Positions 17,301 to 25,998 of a stretch of DNA of 32,000 nt are shown one piece after another. Each line of letters starts with the position of its first letter. The first letter of the stretch is position 1. The notes under the pieces were generated by a model, which had not been told where the DNA came from, made no database searches, and saw nothing but the letters and a program-made list of their open reading frames with translations. Source of the stretch: Nitrosopumilus maritimus SCM1 (GTDB taxonomy: Archaea > Thermoproteota > Nitrososphaeria > Nitrososphaerales > Nitrosopumilaceae); assembly GCF_000018465.1 (NCBI RefSeq), contig NC_010085.1:540001-572000 (forward strand), in the 5' to 3' direction. A program made the position numbers and the translations under genes.

Positions 17301-17606
17301 GATGAAGCCTCTAATGTAAATCTCAAAGTATCTTCTGAGAGTGGTGTTTGTATAATTGGTCCTGATGCTGATTGTCTTGTTAGTGAATCCACTAGAAAAC
17401 CTGGACAAATTTATGATGTCGTTGAAGTAGATGGAATGAGTCTAAATGTAAGGTATAGTGGCCCTGATGTACGCCTAGAAAAATTCAGCATACTACCTGA
17501 ATCTTCTGAATCATTCTTGCCTGATTCTGATTGGAATGTAGAAATACTCAAAGATGAACAAGTATCCAGGTTCTATTACAAAGTAACTTACAAAACAATA
17601 GAGTAA
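14316..17606 (+). CDS. Secreted protein: signal peptide + lamin-tail domain (LTD) + ~7 MG/Ig-like beta-sandwich repeats
   Basis: 1096 aa. Signal peptide: IVFFIFLLVGVIVPAYAQ. LTD motif: VVINEVDINPPGDD..EWVELYNPTDSEIDLSGWQI. Recurrent (T/S)DK-x-x-Y-x-x-G-(E/D/Q)-x-V-x-I-x-G repeat starts (SDKSFYLFGETAVIEG, TDKTQYIPGQMVSITG, TNKDVYGTGEVVTITG, LDKDVYGLGEQVVVSG, TDKSLYQAGDKLKVIG, TDKSEYYPGDTVIISG). GAGG lies 9-12 nt upstream of the ATG. Confidence 0.8.
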   Translation: MNQTLHIVFFIFLLVGVIVPAYAQTAENVVINEVDINPPGDDSKSISEWVELYNPTDSEIDLSGWQIASTTVLKKTMTIGSGTTIEPGQFLTFSYQSVWFTDINESVELRDENGIVIDKTPILSDIKNDFTSWQRIYDGYDLDNPDDWKFVTSTSGSTNGKLVQEQKQDEISLSLSSDKSFYLFGETAVIEGSVSKAVFVEKPFFQPEVITVKISGPNFDKTLTLYPDLNKNFKTTLGLQKVLGINEGDYTINASYAGSTVNTSFSVGYEITEEQVQQDSFLNLNTDKTQYIPGQMVSITGTATDIVEFQGMKFTVTNSEGTIVYNGNLFPVNGQFKTSIFLSTVNPVYGTYEIIGEYVDKSVITTFEVIEDAKETVPISLWTNKDVYGTGEVVTITGRLNDVWVASLDLEIVQTKNLALGTGSQLGGGNVLKILDVVRIDGDGKFKYSFTIPDVDTRLGDYKIKVSKDIGSAKKTVMVVKEPENFVPITDPLIVTTNKLVYDFTLDKELVIRGQIKNPVDRTSFETPTVLISFKDENGKPLSIIGVPEGVNQGAAGGTGSVTAKYQFTAIPESGGTFSVTADISRGIFSEGTYTITAQYLDLTSTTSFDIVDDLAGGGVVSLDKDVYGLGEQVVVSGIIPTSDRSVTISVTRPDGTKTTYGEAVDNQRFSWSWTTPVSERYQTLKSDGERGVTFSNFGIYKIKVAGDTYSKDLLFKVSTDPENDSLSATPLFITTDKSLYQAGDKLKVIGNVIPRDQGDEGLVVPDRVTIKVLDGTFPYKQIHEASVYPKQGGEFSSLFELPATIFSEGMYTVKAIYSTKQVTSTFSVANDFTFGIDEPVSLLASTDKSEYYPGDTVIISGKPNKLIYLEAYDVSIIKKSDTEITCGSFICGTHVGQVKSIRPSPSGSFTHEFPIKNTLSSIGTYEVTIDADFETKHIRFNVVEEPLAPKLETVIEKENRIPDKTISVSTPEKTVDDATFAPRVVSGSLLTPIKDEASNVNLKVSSESGVCIIGPDADCLVSESTRKPGQIYDVVEVDGMSLNVRYSGPDVRLEKFSILPESSESFLPDSDWNVEILKDEQVSRFYYKVTYKTIE

Positions 17607-17640
17607 GTTCAAAATACCATTTACTCTGAAATTATTTGAA

Positions 17641-18132
17641 ATGAAACTCCAAGTTTTGATGTTTTATCAAGATGATCCAAAAAAATGCACAGCTGCAAAA
17701 ATGGTAAAGTTTGGTCTTGCTCAAAGTATTAAAAAAATCGGAACTAAAGGATTAGTTTTAGATCCTTTCTCAAAAAATACTCTTATGTCTAAAGACAAAT
17801 CACTAATCAACTCTATTGTTGGAATTGATTGCTCTTGGAATCTAGCTGATCAAGCATTTTCAAAAAAATTTAATGGAATAAAACGAAAACTTCCACCATT
17901 ACTTGCAGGAAATCCTGTAAATTATGCAAAATTAAACAAATTAACCACTGTTGAAGCATTGGCTGCATCATTATTCATCTTGGGACAAAAAGAACAAGGT
18001 TTAGAACTACTTGAAAAATTCAAGTGGGGACATACTTTCTATGAATTAAATCAAAATTTATTTGATGAATATTTGAAATTAGAAAACGAAGAACAAATTG
18101 AATTAATTCTTAAAGATTATGGTTTACTCTGA
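17641..18132 (+). CDS. tsr3: 16S rRNA aminocarboxypropyltransferase Tsr3 (DUF367)
   Basis: 163 aa. QDDPKKCTAAKM, VGIDCSWN, LLAGNPVNYAKLNKLTTVEALAA and KWGHTF are typical of archaeal Tsr3. Confidence 0.85.
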   Translation: MKLQVLMFYQDDPKKCTAAKMVKFGLAQSIKKIGTKGLVLDPFSKNTLMSKDKSLINSIVGIDCSWNLADQAFSKKFNGIKRKLPPLLAGNPVNYAKLNKLTTVEALAASLFILGQKEQGLELLEKFKWGHTFYELNQNLFDEYLKLENEEQIELILKDYGLL

Positions 18133-20579
18133 CGTTTCTTTAACACAATGATGACCCCTACAATTATTACTATTGGAATTATCCAAATCTCATAACCTGT
18201 TTTGTTCTCAAAAAATTCTATATCTTCAGAAGAACTACTTGGTAACTCTGATTTCATTTCAGTTACAATGAAACTTGTTTCATAAAAATCTGGTTTGAGC
18301 ACTGAGTTTGATACTGCAAAAATCTTTACATTACCAGTTCCTGTTTGTAATTTTTCTGAATTTGTTGAATCTATGTTGATACTAATTTTCTCTCCTAGCA
18401 TATTCAATGATTGTGATGAAACCATTTCTCCTTGATTGTTTGTTAGAAAATATAAGATTGAATCTGTATTCTTAGCCTCGATTTTTATTGAAAATTCTTC
18501 ACCCTTCTTGATAATACTGTTCATTTCCATTCCTGTAATTATTGGAAATTTTGGATTTTCAAATTCAGACCAACTTCCAATCTTAAATGGATACATATCA
18601 TTTTCAAATGCACTTATTGTAATTGTTCGTGATTCTGGTGCATATGATTCTAGATAAAATGGCCCATTACTAATTACTGCATGATTGTTTTCTTCAATCC
18701 ATTTTATAGATGAATCAAATCTTTCTTGGAAATACTTTGATTCTGAGTTATTTTTCTCTAGTGAAACGGGTATGTGATTTGAATCTCTGAATTCTTGCAA
18801 ATACTCTTTGATAAGATTTGCATCATTTGGAATAATTAACGATAACCAATTCACATTCTTGCTTGTTGCTCCTGATCTAGAAAATGATACTTTGCCGTCT
18901 TGAACTGCTTTTTCCATTGCTGCAGATATTTCCCAAGGCATTGTATTCCAAATAACTGCCCAATCAGCTATCTCTCCTTCATCAAAATGCCAATAATCCA
19001 CATAAACTTCAATGGTATCCTCATCGATTTGGTTTACCCCAATTATTGTTTGAATATTTTGAGCAGCTCTAGGGGTAAATTCTGCATCAAACGTTTTATC
19101 ATTTTCGTCTGTTTGTGTTCCCCATTCAATTGTAAAATATAGAGAATGCATAATGTCATTCATGTCGATTTTTTGACCATTATGCCAATTACCAAAATTA
19201 AAATCAAAAACAATTTTGCTTTTAGCTACTGTATTTGGTTTGATGTTTTCCCATTGTTGTACTACTGGATTCCAGATTATTGCATCTGTTGGAACTGTTA
19301 GATTTCCATTTGGACCAGCAGTTTCTATCTGCCAATTTGTTCTAATTGGAAATGTTTCTCCTGTAAATGGATGTTTGAATGTTCCAGGATCTGACACCAC
19401 TCCCCAAATATGTCTGCTATAACTATCAGTCAAACCCATGATTGGATTCCATGCACCTTGATAGATTTGCTTGACTCCAATTACTAGTTCATCATTTTGA
19501 CTTTGTGCATTTATTGGTGTGAATCTACTTGGCACTCCTGCTCCAAAGTCATTAACTACCCCACTTACTTTCTCATTTACAACATATTGATCAATTTTAC
19601 TTGCCAAAAAAATTCTCACAGATTCATTAATTCCCTCAACTACTGCATCTTGAATCAACACTGATCTATCCTCCGAAGTTTGAAAATCTCCTGTGTAGAT
19701 TTTTTGAGTTATTTCGTCCATCTTTACATTTTCATAATTCCAATAGGATGGATCGTTAAAACCTGGCATGTTTGAAAACCATGGTGAATACATTTGACTT
19801 AGTCCTACTGAATCATATCTTACAAATGCTGAACGTGCCCATCCTTCAGTATACAAACTCCATTTCAAATCTGATGGATTTGAACCATATACTACAACAA
19901 ATGCCTTATTCAAATCCCCAAAATCTTTCTTTACTGAAAATCCAACCTTCTCTAATTCTATTGCTAAAATCTCTCCAATTGATTTTCTAACTGGATCATC
20001 ACTTCTGATAAACATCCTAATTTCAATTGGAGACTCATCCATGTACCATCTTTCATCAATTTTCACTGCTCCTTTTTCTTTTAGAGCACTTGTGATAATT
20101 TCTTGAGCCAGTGTAGGGTTGTATTTGAAATTAAATCTCTCCAATTCTTCCAAAATTGTTAGATATTCTGGGTCTGAAGGTCCGTAATAGGAAATTATTG
20201 GTGAACCATATCCTCCCATCAATTCATTCACAATCAATTTTCTGTCTACCAAATAGTTTAGAGCAAACCTGATTTCTTTAATTGAAAACGGATTAAATTT
20301 TTCTGCTTCTGCAGGATTGACTAGAATACTATATGACCCGCCTGTAGAATCAAAAACATGCAATCCTTCTCTATCTTGATTGTTTTCCAGTCTATCTGAA
20401 GATATTCTGTAATAATACATGTCAAGGTTGCCATTTCGAACTTCTTCTAACGCAGTATTCTCATCTAAATATTGGATAAATTTTACAGAATCTACAAATA
20501 CATTTTTTTCTGCAAATACTTGATTTGTTCCAACAATAACTATTGAAAGAGCTAGTATGACAACTAGCATATTTTTCAT
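18117..20579 (-). CDS. Extracellular solute-binding protein, family 5 (peptide/nickel-type ABC SBP) with C-terminal membrane anchor
   Basis: 820 aa. N-terminal signal peptide. Family-5 signature region IRFALNYLVDRKLIVNELMGGYGSP. C-terminal TM helix IWIIPIVIIVGVIIVL followed by KKRQSKP. No permease or ATPase genes adjacent. The 3' end overlaps tsr3 by 16 nt (convergent). Confidence 0.75.
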   Translation of the reverse strand: MKNMLVVILALSIVIVGTNQVFAEKNVFVDSVKFIQYLDENTALEEVRNGNLDMYYYRISSDRLENNQDREGLHVFDSTGGSYSILVNPAEAEKFNPFSIKEIRFALNYLVDRKLIVNELMGGYGSPIISYYGPSDPEYLTILEELERFNFKYNPTLAQEIITSALKEKGAVKIDERWYMDESPIEIRMFIRSDDPVRKSIGEILAIELEKVGFSVKKDFGDLNKAFVVVYGSNPSDLKWSLYTEGWARSAFVRYDSVGLSQMYSPWFSNMPGFNDPSYWNYENVKMDEITQKIYTGDFQTSEDRSVLIQDAVVEGINESVRIFLASKIDQYVVNEKVSGVVNDFGAGVPSRFTPINAQSQNDELVIGVKQIYQGAWNPIMGLTDSYSRHIWGVVSDPGTFKHPFTGETFPIRTNWQIETAGPNGNLTVPTDAIIWNPVVQQWENIKPNTVAKSKIVFDFNFGNWHNGQKIDMNDIMHSLYFTIEWGTQTDENDKTFDAEFTPRAAQNIQTIIGVNQIDEDTIEVYVDYWHFDEGEIADWAVIWNTMPWEISAAMEKAVQDGKVSFSRSGATSKNVNWLSLIIPNDANLIKEYLQEFRDSNHIPVSLEKNNSESKYFQERFDSSIKWIEENNHAVISNGPFYLESYAPESRTITISAFENDMYPFKIGSWSEFENPKFPIITGMEMNSIIKKGEEFSIKIEAKNTDSILYFLTNNQGEMVSSQSLNMLGEKISINIDSTNSEKLQTGTGNVKIFAVSNSVLKPDFYETSFIVTEMKSELPSSSSEDIEFFENKTGYEIWIIPIVIIVGVIIVLKKRQSKP

Positions 20580-20658
20580 ATCAATAATTTAAGAGGCTCA
20601 TAATAAAACCTATATCATAATACCCTGTTCTTTATTTCTTAAAACCTAAATTCCTTTC

Positions 20659-21312
20659 ATGATTCATGAATTTAAATTGAAAATTAATCCAAAAATGATT
20701 ACTGGGCTAAAAGGAATAATTATTGGTGGTGTTTCTCCAAAAGATTTTTCAGCTGTAACTAAAATAAGCGAAGATGAATCAAAATCAATTTTAGATGAAT
20801 TTATCAAAAACAACATTGGAACAAAACAGGATAGTTTTTACTATTTTGAAGAAGGGGACAAACTAAAGATAGCAATATCTTTACTTGAAAAGGGATTTCC
20901 AGTAGATGAGATATCTATTGCTCTAGATTGGAAAGATTTTGAAGGATTAACTGCAGAAATACTTTCTTCCAAAAATTTTGCTGTAATGAGAAACATGATT
21001 TTAACAAAACCTCGAATGGAAATTGATGTAGTTGGAGTTAGATTGGGTGTTGCGATACTAATTGATTGCAAACACTGGAAGCGTTATAGTGTATCCTCAC
21101 TTTCATCTGTCGTTAAAAAACAAATTGAGAGAACAAGGCAATATGTGGCAAAAACAGAAGGTGCCATTGCAGTTCCTGTCATTGTTACTTTGTATCAAGA
21201 TAAAGTTGATTTTATTGAAAATGTGCCTATTGTACCAATATTTCAATTCTCATCATTTGTTGATGAATTTTATGGAAATATTGATCAGATGAAAACTATA
21301 GAAAAAGACTAG
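20659..21312 (+). CDS. Restriction-endonuclease-like (Mrr-cat/NERD-type PD-(D/E)xK) domain protein
   Basis: 217 aa. WKDFEGLTAEILSSKNF..EIDVVGVRLGVAILIDCKHWKR matches the F-E..D..(D/E)-x-K core of Mrr-type nuclease domains. The N-terminal ~80 aa may be wHTH-like. Confidence 0.5.
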   Translation: MIHEFKLKINPKMITGLKGIIIGGVSPKDFSAVTKISEDESKSILDEFIKNNIGTKQDSFYYFEEGDKLKIAISLLEKGFPVDEISIALDWKDFEGLTAEILSSKNFAVMRNMILTKPRMEIDVVGVRLGVAILIDCKHWKRYSVSSLSSVVKKQIERTRQYVAKTEGAIAVPVIVTLYQDKVDFIENVPIVPIFQFSSFVDEFYGNIDQMKTIEKD

Positions 21313-23041
21313 TTATGAAGAATATTACTCCTCCAATTAGAAACCCTTTAGTGATTTTTAATGAGTTATCTAATGCCTTTGAATAATCTTCATAGATCCC
21401 TTGTCCCATCACTTTAACTTCTGTTTCATTTTCTAAAATCTCAAACTTTGCAGTTGATGTGTTAGATTCAGCATTGCTTGCAATCTCCAAAAACCATTTT
21501 GCAAGTTTATCTGCACTGGTAATCAATCCTAATTGGTAGTATCCATTTCTATTTCTGGCTTTCACTGGTGCATAATGAGTATCTGATGTGCAAATCTCAA
21601 GTAGTTGAAGGTCTTTTCTTGCAAACAAATCTATGATCTTCTCTCTAACTCCATTTTCCATATTATTTGCATCTGCCCATCCAAGAAAGTATTTTTTTTC
21701 ATTGATTTTGAGACATACTATTCCTAGTCCACCCATTCCCAAGTCTTCAGTCCAAACATCCATGTCATCTGAATTTGCATATCCAAATTCAATTGGGAAA
21801 CTATCTTTTGTGATTAGAGTGTCTAGACAGGATTTGGCAGCTTTTAGCATATCTTCCCCATCTTCACTTGAAATTTCTTCTCCCATTGCATTGTGACAAT
21901 CAACAATTAGCGGTTTTGAATAATTTCGGTTTTTAGCATATTGCTCAATATCATTTTTCATGTAGTTTGGAATGTCTTCCATTCCATGTGGTGACAGTGA
22001 CAAGAACAGTAATGGGTTTTTTCCAAAAAGCAATCCAATCACTCTTGCTTTGTTGATTTGGACTGTTACTGGTTCTGTACACTGCAATCCTTCTTCTTTG
22101 ACTTTGCTGTTTTCTAGATTCTTTAGATAATTTTCAACTTCATTTTTTGATGGAAGATTGAGTGCATGGTCTGATATACTGTGCATCACCATGGCTGATG
22201 ATGACAAATTTTTGTAAATCAAATATGGTATGTTGCTACCCCCTACTGGATGATATGGACCTGGATGAATTTCAGGTAGAACCATTCTGAATTCTTTACC
22301 TCCGTCATTAGCTGACAATCTTATTTGTGAAGTTGCAACCTTGGTTTCACTAGAGCGCTCTTCCATGATTTCTTCTGCTTCTGTATGATCATTTTTTTGT
22401 GATGCAAGATATGCTTGAATTGTTTTATGAGTACTTTCCATTCCTGGTCTTCCTGCTCTGTCTGTAAGTACTGACCACACACTAGCAATTATCATAAATG
22501 AAATCCCGTAAAACAATGTCATTGGGTCACTGAACATTGGACTCCACAAATGTTGTGGGATTAAAACTGCAAACATTGCTAATGGTTGAACAAAACAAAT
22601 CGCCCATGCTTTCTTGAGACTTACTCCAAGCGTTGTAGTGTAAATCCCAATTCTAAAACTTGCAAAGAGAAACATTCCAAAAGTTACAAAGAACAATGAT
22701 GTTTCTTTAGATAAGACAAAACTTGCTAGTAATCCTAACAATACTGTTGCAGCCCATAACATATTTGCAAATAATGAGGAATGTAATGACTTTGAGTATT
22801 CTTTTTTCTTTGTGAATCGTGTATCAAGTAATTGTGTTAAGAAAAGTACTGTCATGACTGCAGGTACAATATACCATGCTTCTTCAATACTACTGTCCAA
22901 ATACCCCAAGAGTGTTGCAAGTGAAATTATTGCGGCCACTCCCAGTGATACCACTAGTGAAAAGTAATGTGATGATGGATTTACTAGGGTAAGGGAAAAC
23001 CTATTGTGAATATTTGAAACATCGTCTGATTCTTTTTCCAT
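21296..23041 (-). CDS. Archaeal multi-pass membrane protein with large soluble C-terminal domain (DUF2070-like)
   Basis: 581 aa. About 6 hydrophobic helices in the first ~200 aa, then a soluble domain (LPEIHPGPYHPVGGSNIPY) and a final C-terminal TM helix. The size and architecture recall DUF2070; the assignment is from memory. Confidence 0.45.
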   Translation of the reverse strand: MEKESDDVSNIHNRFSLTLVNPSSHYFSLVVSLGVAAIISLATLLGYLDSSIEEAWYIVPAVMTVLFLTQLLDTRFTKKKEYSKSLHSSLFANMLWAATVLLGLLASFVLSKETSLFFVTFGMFLFASFRIGIYTTTLGVSLKKAWAICFVQPLAMFAVLIPQHLWSPMFSDPMTLFYGISFMIIASVWSVLTDRAGRPGMESTHKTIQAYLASQKNDHTEAEEIMEERSSETKVATSQIRLSANDGGKEFRMVLPEIHPGPYHPVGGSNIPYLIYKNLSSSAMVMHSISDHALNLPSKNEVENYLKNLENSKVKEEGLQCTEPVTVQINKARVIGLLFGKNPLLFLSLSPHGMEDIPNYMKNDIEQYAKNRNYSKPLIVDCHNAMGEEISSEDGEDMLKAAKSCLDTLITKDSFPIEFGYANSDDMDVWTEDLGMGGLGIVCLKINEKKYFLGWADANNMENGVREKIIDLFARKDLQLLEICTSDTHYAPVKARNRNGYYQLGLITSADKLAKWFLEIASNAESNTSTAKFEILENETEVKVMGQGIYEDYSKALDNSLKITKGFLIGGVIFFITSLFL

Positions 23042-23048
23042 TTCTTAT

Positions 23049-23213
23049 TCAGGGAGCTAAAAAGATATCGATTGCCCATGATATGGAAATTAAACTAATA
23101 GGAATTGATACTACGATTCTTGGATCTATCTTGAATCCTTTTGTCTCATCTTCAAAGAACCTCATGAGACCTCCACTTGATGCTGGAAGTGGTGCTGATT
23201 TCTTATCTGCCAT
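23049..23213 (-). CDS. secG: Preprotein translocase subunit Sec61beta (archaeal SecG)
   Basis: 54 aa, below the ORF-track cutoff. Hand translation: MADKKSAPLPASSGGLMRFFEDETKGFKIDPRIVVSIPISLISISWAIDIFLAP*. It has the classic Sec61beta SSGGL-x-R-(F/Y)-(F/Y)-(E/D) motif plus a C-terminal tail-anchor helix. Confidence 0.75.
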   Translation of the reverse strand: MADKKSAPLPASSGGLMRFFEDETKGFKIDPRIVVSIPISLISISWAIDIFLAP

Positions 23214-23247
23214 TTAACTCGAAAACAAGGATTTTGACATAAAAACT

Positions 23248-23577
23248 TTATTGTTTGTTTTTGATCTTATCCATTGCCTCTAGTAGGGAATTAATCGAAT
23301 TTAGTATCTCCTGCTGCTTTGTATGATCCTTTTCTTCTTCCAACTCTTTTGACAAAACTGCAAGTTTTTTTTCTAGTGTCTCCGACAGTGATGATTTAAT
23401 CTCCTTTTGGTTCACTACTGGAATCTCTTTTTTCTCAGGCTCTCTGCCACAGCTTATACATAATGCATGCCCGTCTTTCATCACTCTTACTCCTTTGCAG
23501 TATGGACATGGTTCACTGAGTAACGTTGCCCCTTGTAGTAACATTTCTGCTGCTTTTTTTGTAAGATCTTTTGACAC
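23248..23577 (-). CDS. UPF0148 / Sjogren-autoantigen-p27-like zinc-ribbon protein
   Basis: 109 aa. MLLQGATLLSEPCPYCKGVRVMKDGHALCISCG (CxxC..CxxC), then a coiled-coil tail. Confidence 0.6.
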   Translation of the reverse strand: MSKDLTKKAAEMLLQGATLLSEPCPYCKGVRVMKDGHALCISCGREPEKKEIPVVNQKEIKSSLSETLEKKLAVLSKELEEEKDHTKQQEILNSINSLLEAMDKIKNKQ

Positions 23578-23678
23578 TATTTTTCTTGAATTTTCTATCT
23601 AAAAAATCCAATTATTTTCAAAAATATTGTATTTCAAACAAGGCTTAATAGTGCGTATAATTGAATTTATTCGAACGA

Positions 23679-23987
23679 ATGGCAGTAATTTGTAATACTT
23701 GTGGTCTTCCTGAAGACTTGTGTGCATGCGGTGAACTTGCCAAAGATAGCACCAAAATTATAATTCGATTAGAAACAAGACGGTTTAAGAAAAAAGGTAC
23801 TATGATTGAAGGCTTGGATCCTAAACTAAATAATTTAGAAACTGTTGCAAAGGAACTAAAAAGCAAGTATGCGTGTGGTGGAACTGCCAAAGAAGGCTAC
23901 ATTTTCTTGCAAGGTGATCATCGTGACACCATCAAAGATACTCTAACTGATCTAGGCTTTGCTGAAGAAAGTATCGAGTTACACTAA
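23679..23987 (+). CDS. sui1: Translation initiation factor aIF1 (SUI1 family)
   Basis: MAVICNTCGLPEDLCACG, then IIIRLETRRFKKKGTMIEGL..LKSKYACGGTAKEGYIFLQGDHRD. I prefer the ATG at 23679 over the track's TTG at 23661. Confidence 0.9.
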   Translation: MAVICNTCGLPEDLCACGELAKDSTKIIIRLETRRFKKKGTMIEGLDPKLNNLETVAKELKSKYACGGTAKEGYIFLQGDHRDTIKDTLTDLGFAEESIELH

Positions 23988-23993
23988 AACAAA

Positions 23994-24983
23994 TTGCAAA
24001 ATCAAAATAAATTACTTCAAGCTGTTGGTATTCCTTTTACTGCATTACTTTCTGTAATCTTTGGATTACTTTTGGTCTCTTTTCCAATTGGCATCTTTGT
24101 TGTTTTTGAAAGCGATATTGGTGGTGATATCAATTATGACTTTCCAATAACTCATTTGGTATTATTTGAAGGAACTTCAGTATATCAAACTGCATCTGAT
24201 GTTAGCATTGGTGATGTCTTTGTTGGTTTGTGGGTATTTTATGTTGTCTTGTTTGTAATTGCTATCTTGGGTCCTAAAACTGGATTTCTAAAATCATTTA
24301 CCTCTATCATATCTTTTGGAAAATACGATTCAACCTCAAACTATATGGTTGGTGTTACAAAATGGCTATCTATTCTAGTTTTAGTTTCTGTATTGATTAA
24401 TTTTGTACAGGAACAATTTGGAATTGTAACCGTTCCTCCTCTTGACGACAATGACTTGATACAATTTTTTTATGTGTCCCTTGCACCTTTAATTGAAGAG
24501 ATTGGATTCCGTTTAATTCTGATTGGAATTCCACTATTTGCGCTTTATTCTAGAAGAACCTCTGTAAAATATTTTTTCAAATGTTTGTGGTCTCCTAGAA
24601 ATCTTGACATTTATGATTCAAAAAAGGCAATTTTACTGATTGTTTTTGTTGGTATTTTGTTTGGGTTTGCCCATATTGCATTTGCAGAATCATGGACTGA
24701 AGGAAAATTTGCTCAAGCTGCTGCTGGGGGAATTATTTTAGGATGGGTCTATCTTAGATTTGGATTTGTTGCATCTTTGTTGATTCATTGGGCAACAAAC
24801 TATTTCATATTCTCTTACGCAACTTTTCTATCTCAGATAAATTCAATATCTATTGAAAGCGCATTTTCACATTCATTGATGTCTACTTTGGAATTGTTAC
24901 TTTTAGCATCTGGAATATTGTCTGTGGGAATGTTGTTCTTACATAGGTATTGTTCTAAAAAGGAATCTTCTCTAGAGGTTTAA
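23994..24983 (+). CDS. CPBP-family intramembrane glutamic endopeptidase (CAAX protease/Abi fold)
   Basis: 329 aa, polytopic. Motif 1 EEIGFRLIL (EExxxR), motif 2 FGFAHI (FxxxH), motif 3 HWATNY (HxxxN). TTG start, start position uncertain. Confidence 0.8.
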   Translation: MQNQNKLLQAVGIPFTALLSVIFGLLLVSFPIGIFVVFESDIGGDINYDFPITHLVLFEGTSVYQTASDVSIGDVFVGLWVFYVVLFVIAILGPKTGFLKSFTSIISFGKYDSTSNYMVGVTKWLSILVLVSVLINFVQEQFGIVTVPPLDDNDLIQFFYVSLAPLIEEIGFRLILIGIPLFALYSRRTSVKYFFKCLWSPRNLDIYDSKKAILLIVFVGILFGFAHIAFAESWTEGKFAQAAAGGIILGWVYLRFGFVASLLIHWATNYFIFSYATFLSQINSISIESAFSHSLMSTLELLLLASGILSVGMLFLHRYCSKKESSLEV

Positions 24984-25880
24984 TGCTACTTTTAGGCCTT
25001 TGTACCTGTTTCTGATGGTCACTTCAGTGACTCCTGCAGCTTCTGCTACATCTCGCTGTGTTTTATTTTCTCCATTTGTTACACATGCAACATAGAGTGC
25101 AGCAGCTGCTAATCCCATTGGGTCTTTACCTGCTGAAATTTTATTTTCTTCTGCAGTTTGCAAAATCTTTGTTGCTTTTCTTTTTGTTTTCTCTGATAAA
25201 CCAGCTTTGCTTGCAATTCTTGAAATACATTTGATTGGGTCTACTACTGGCATCTTCAAATTTAATTCTCTTAACAATAATCTATAACATCTTGCAATGT
25301 CTTTTCTTTTGATGTTACTTGCTTGTCCAATATCTTTTAGTGTTCTTGGGGTTTCAGTGTCTCGACATGCAGCATAAAGTGCTGATGCAATTAAAGCTGA
25401 AATGGAACGTCCTCTAACTAGTCCTTTCTCTAATGCTTTTCTGTAAATGTAAGCTGCTTTTTCAATAACTGCATCACCTACTGCTAATTTGTCTTTGAGT
25501 CTATCTAATTCACTAAATGCTTGTCTAAAGTTTCTGTCAACTGGTTCATGAACTTGACTTCTACTATCCCAAGTTCTTAATCTCTCAATAGTACTTTTCA
25601 TTGAAGCTGTTAATGGTTTTCCAGTTGCATCTCTGTTTTGAGGATTGATTACAGTAGCTAATCCCATATCGTGCATTGCAAGTGATGTTGGAACTCCTGC
25701 TCTGCTTTTGTTTTCACCTTCATTTGAAAAGGATCTCCATTCCGGACCTGACTCTTCAACTTTTTCAGTAATTACAAATCCACATGCTCCGCAAAAATTC
25801 TCTCCAGTGTTTGGATCAGTAACTAGTGTGCCTTTTCCACACCTTGGACATTTGTATTTTTGATTTTCTCCTTTAACCAT
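24972..25880 (-). CDS. tfb: Transcription initiation factor IIB (TFB)
   Basis: N-terminal zinc ribbon CPRCGKGTLVTDPNTGENFCGACG, B-reader/linker and two cyclin-like repeats. I prefer the ATG at 25880 (MVKGENQ..) over the track's TTG at 25895. Confidence 0.95.
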   Translation of the reverse strand: MVKGENQKYKCPRCGKGTLVTDPNTGENFCGACGFVITEKVEESGPEWRSFSNEGENKSRAGVPTSLAMHDMGLATVINPQNRDATGKPLTASMKSTIERLRTWDSRSQVHEPVDRNFRQAFSELDRLKDKLAVGDAVIEKAAYIYRKALEKGLVRGRSISALIASALYAACRDTETPRTLKDIGQASNIKRKDIARCYRLLLRELNLKMPVVDPIKCISRIASKAGLSEKTKRKATKILQTAEENKISAGKDPMGLAAAALYVACVTNGENKTQRDVAEAAGVTEVTIRNRYKGLKVALNL

Positions 25881-25998
25881 TTTTATATCTCCCAAATCGT
25901 TTTATGATAATATTTAACATTTTCTAAACCATCACTTATAAGTCTGTTGGTGATCGTACATAAAAAATGACAATTTTTTGAGTATTTTTTTAATTTTT

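Noticed and set aside
23014-23217. 67-aa plus-strand ORF
   Set aside because: The opposite strand encodes a convincing Sec61beta homologue (23049-23213). The plus-strand ORF also overlaps the start of the 581-aa gene and has no recognisable features.
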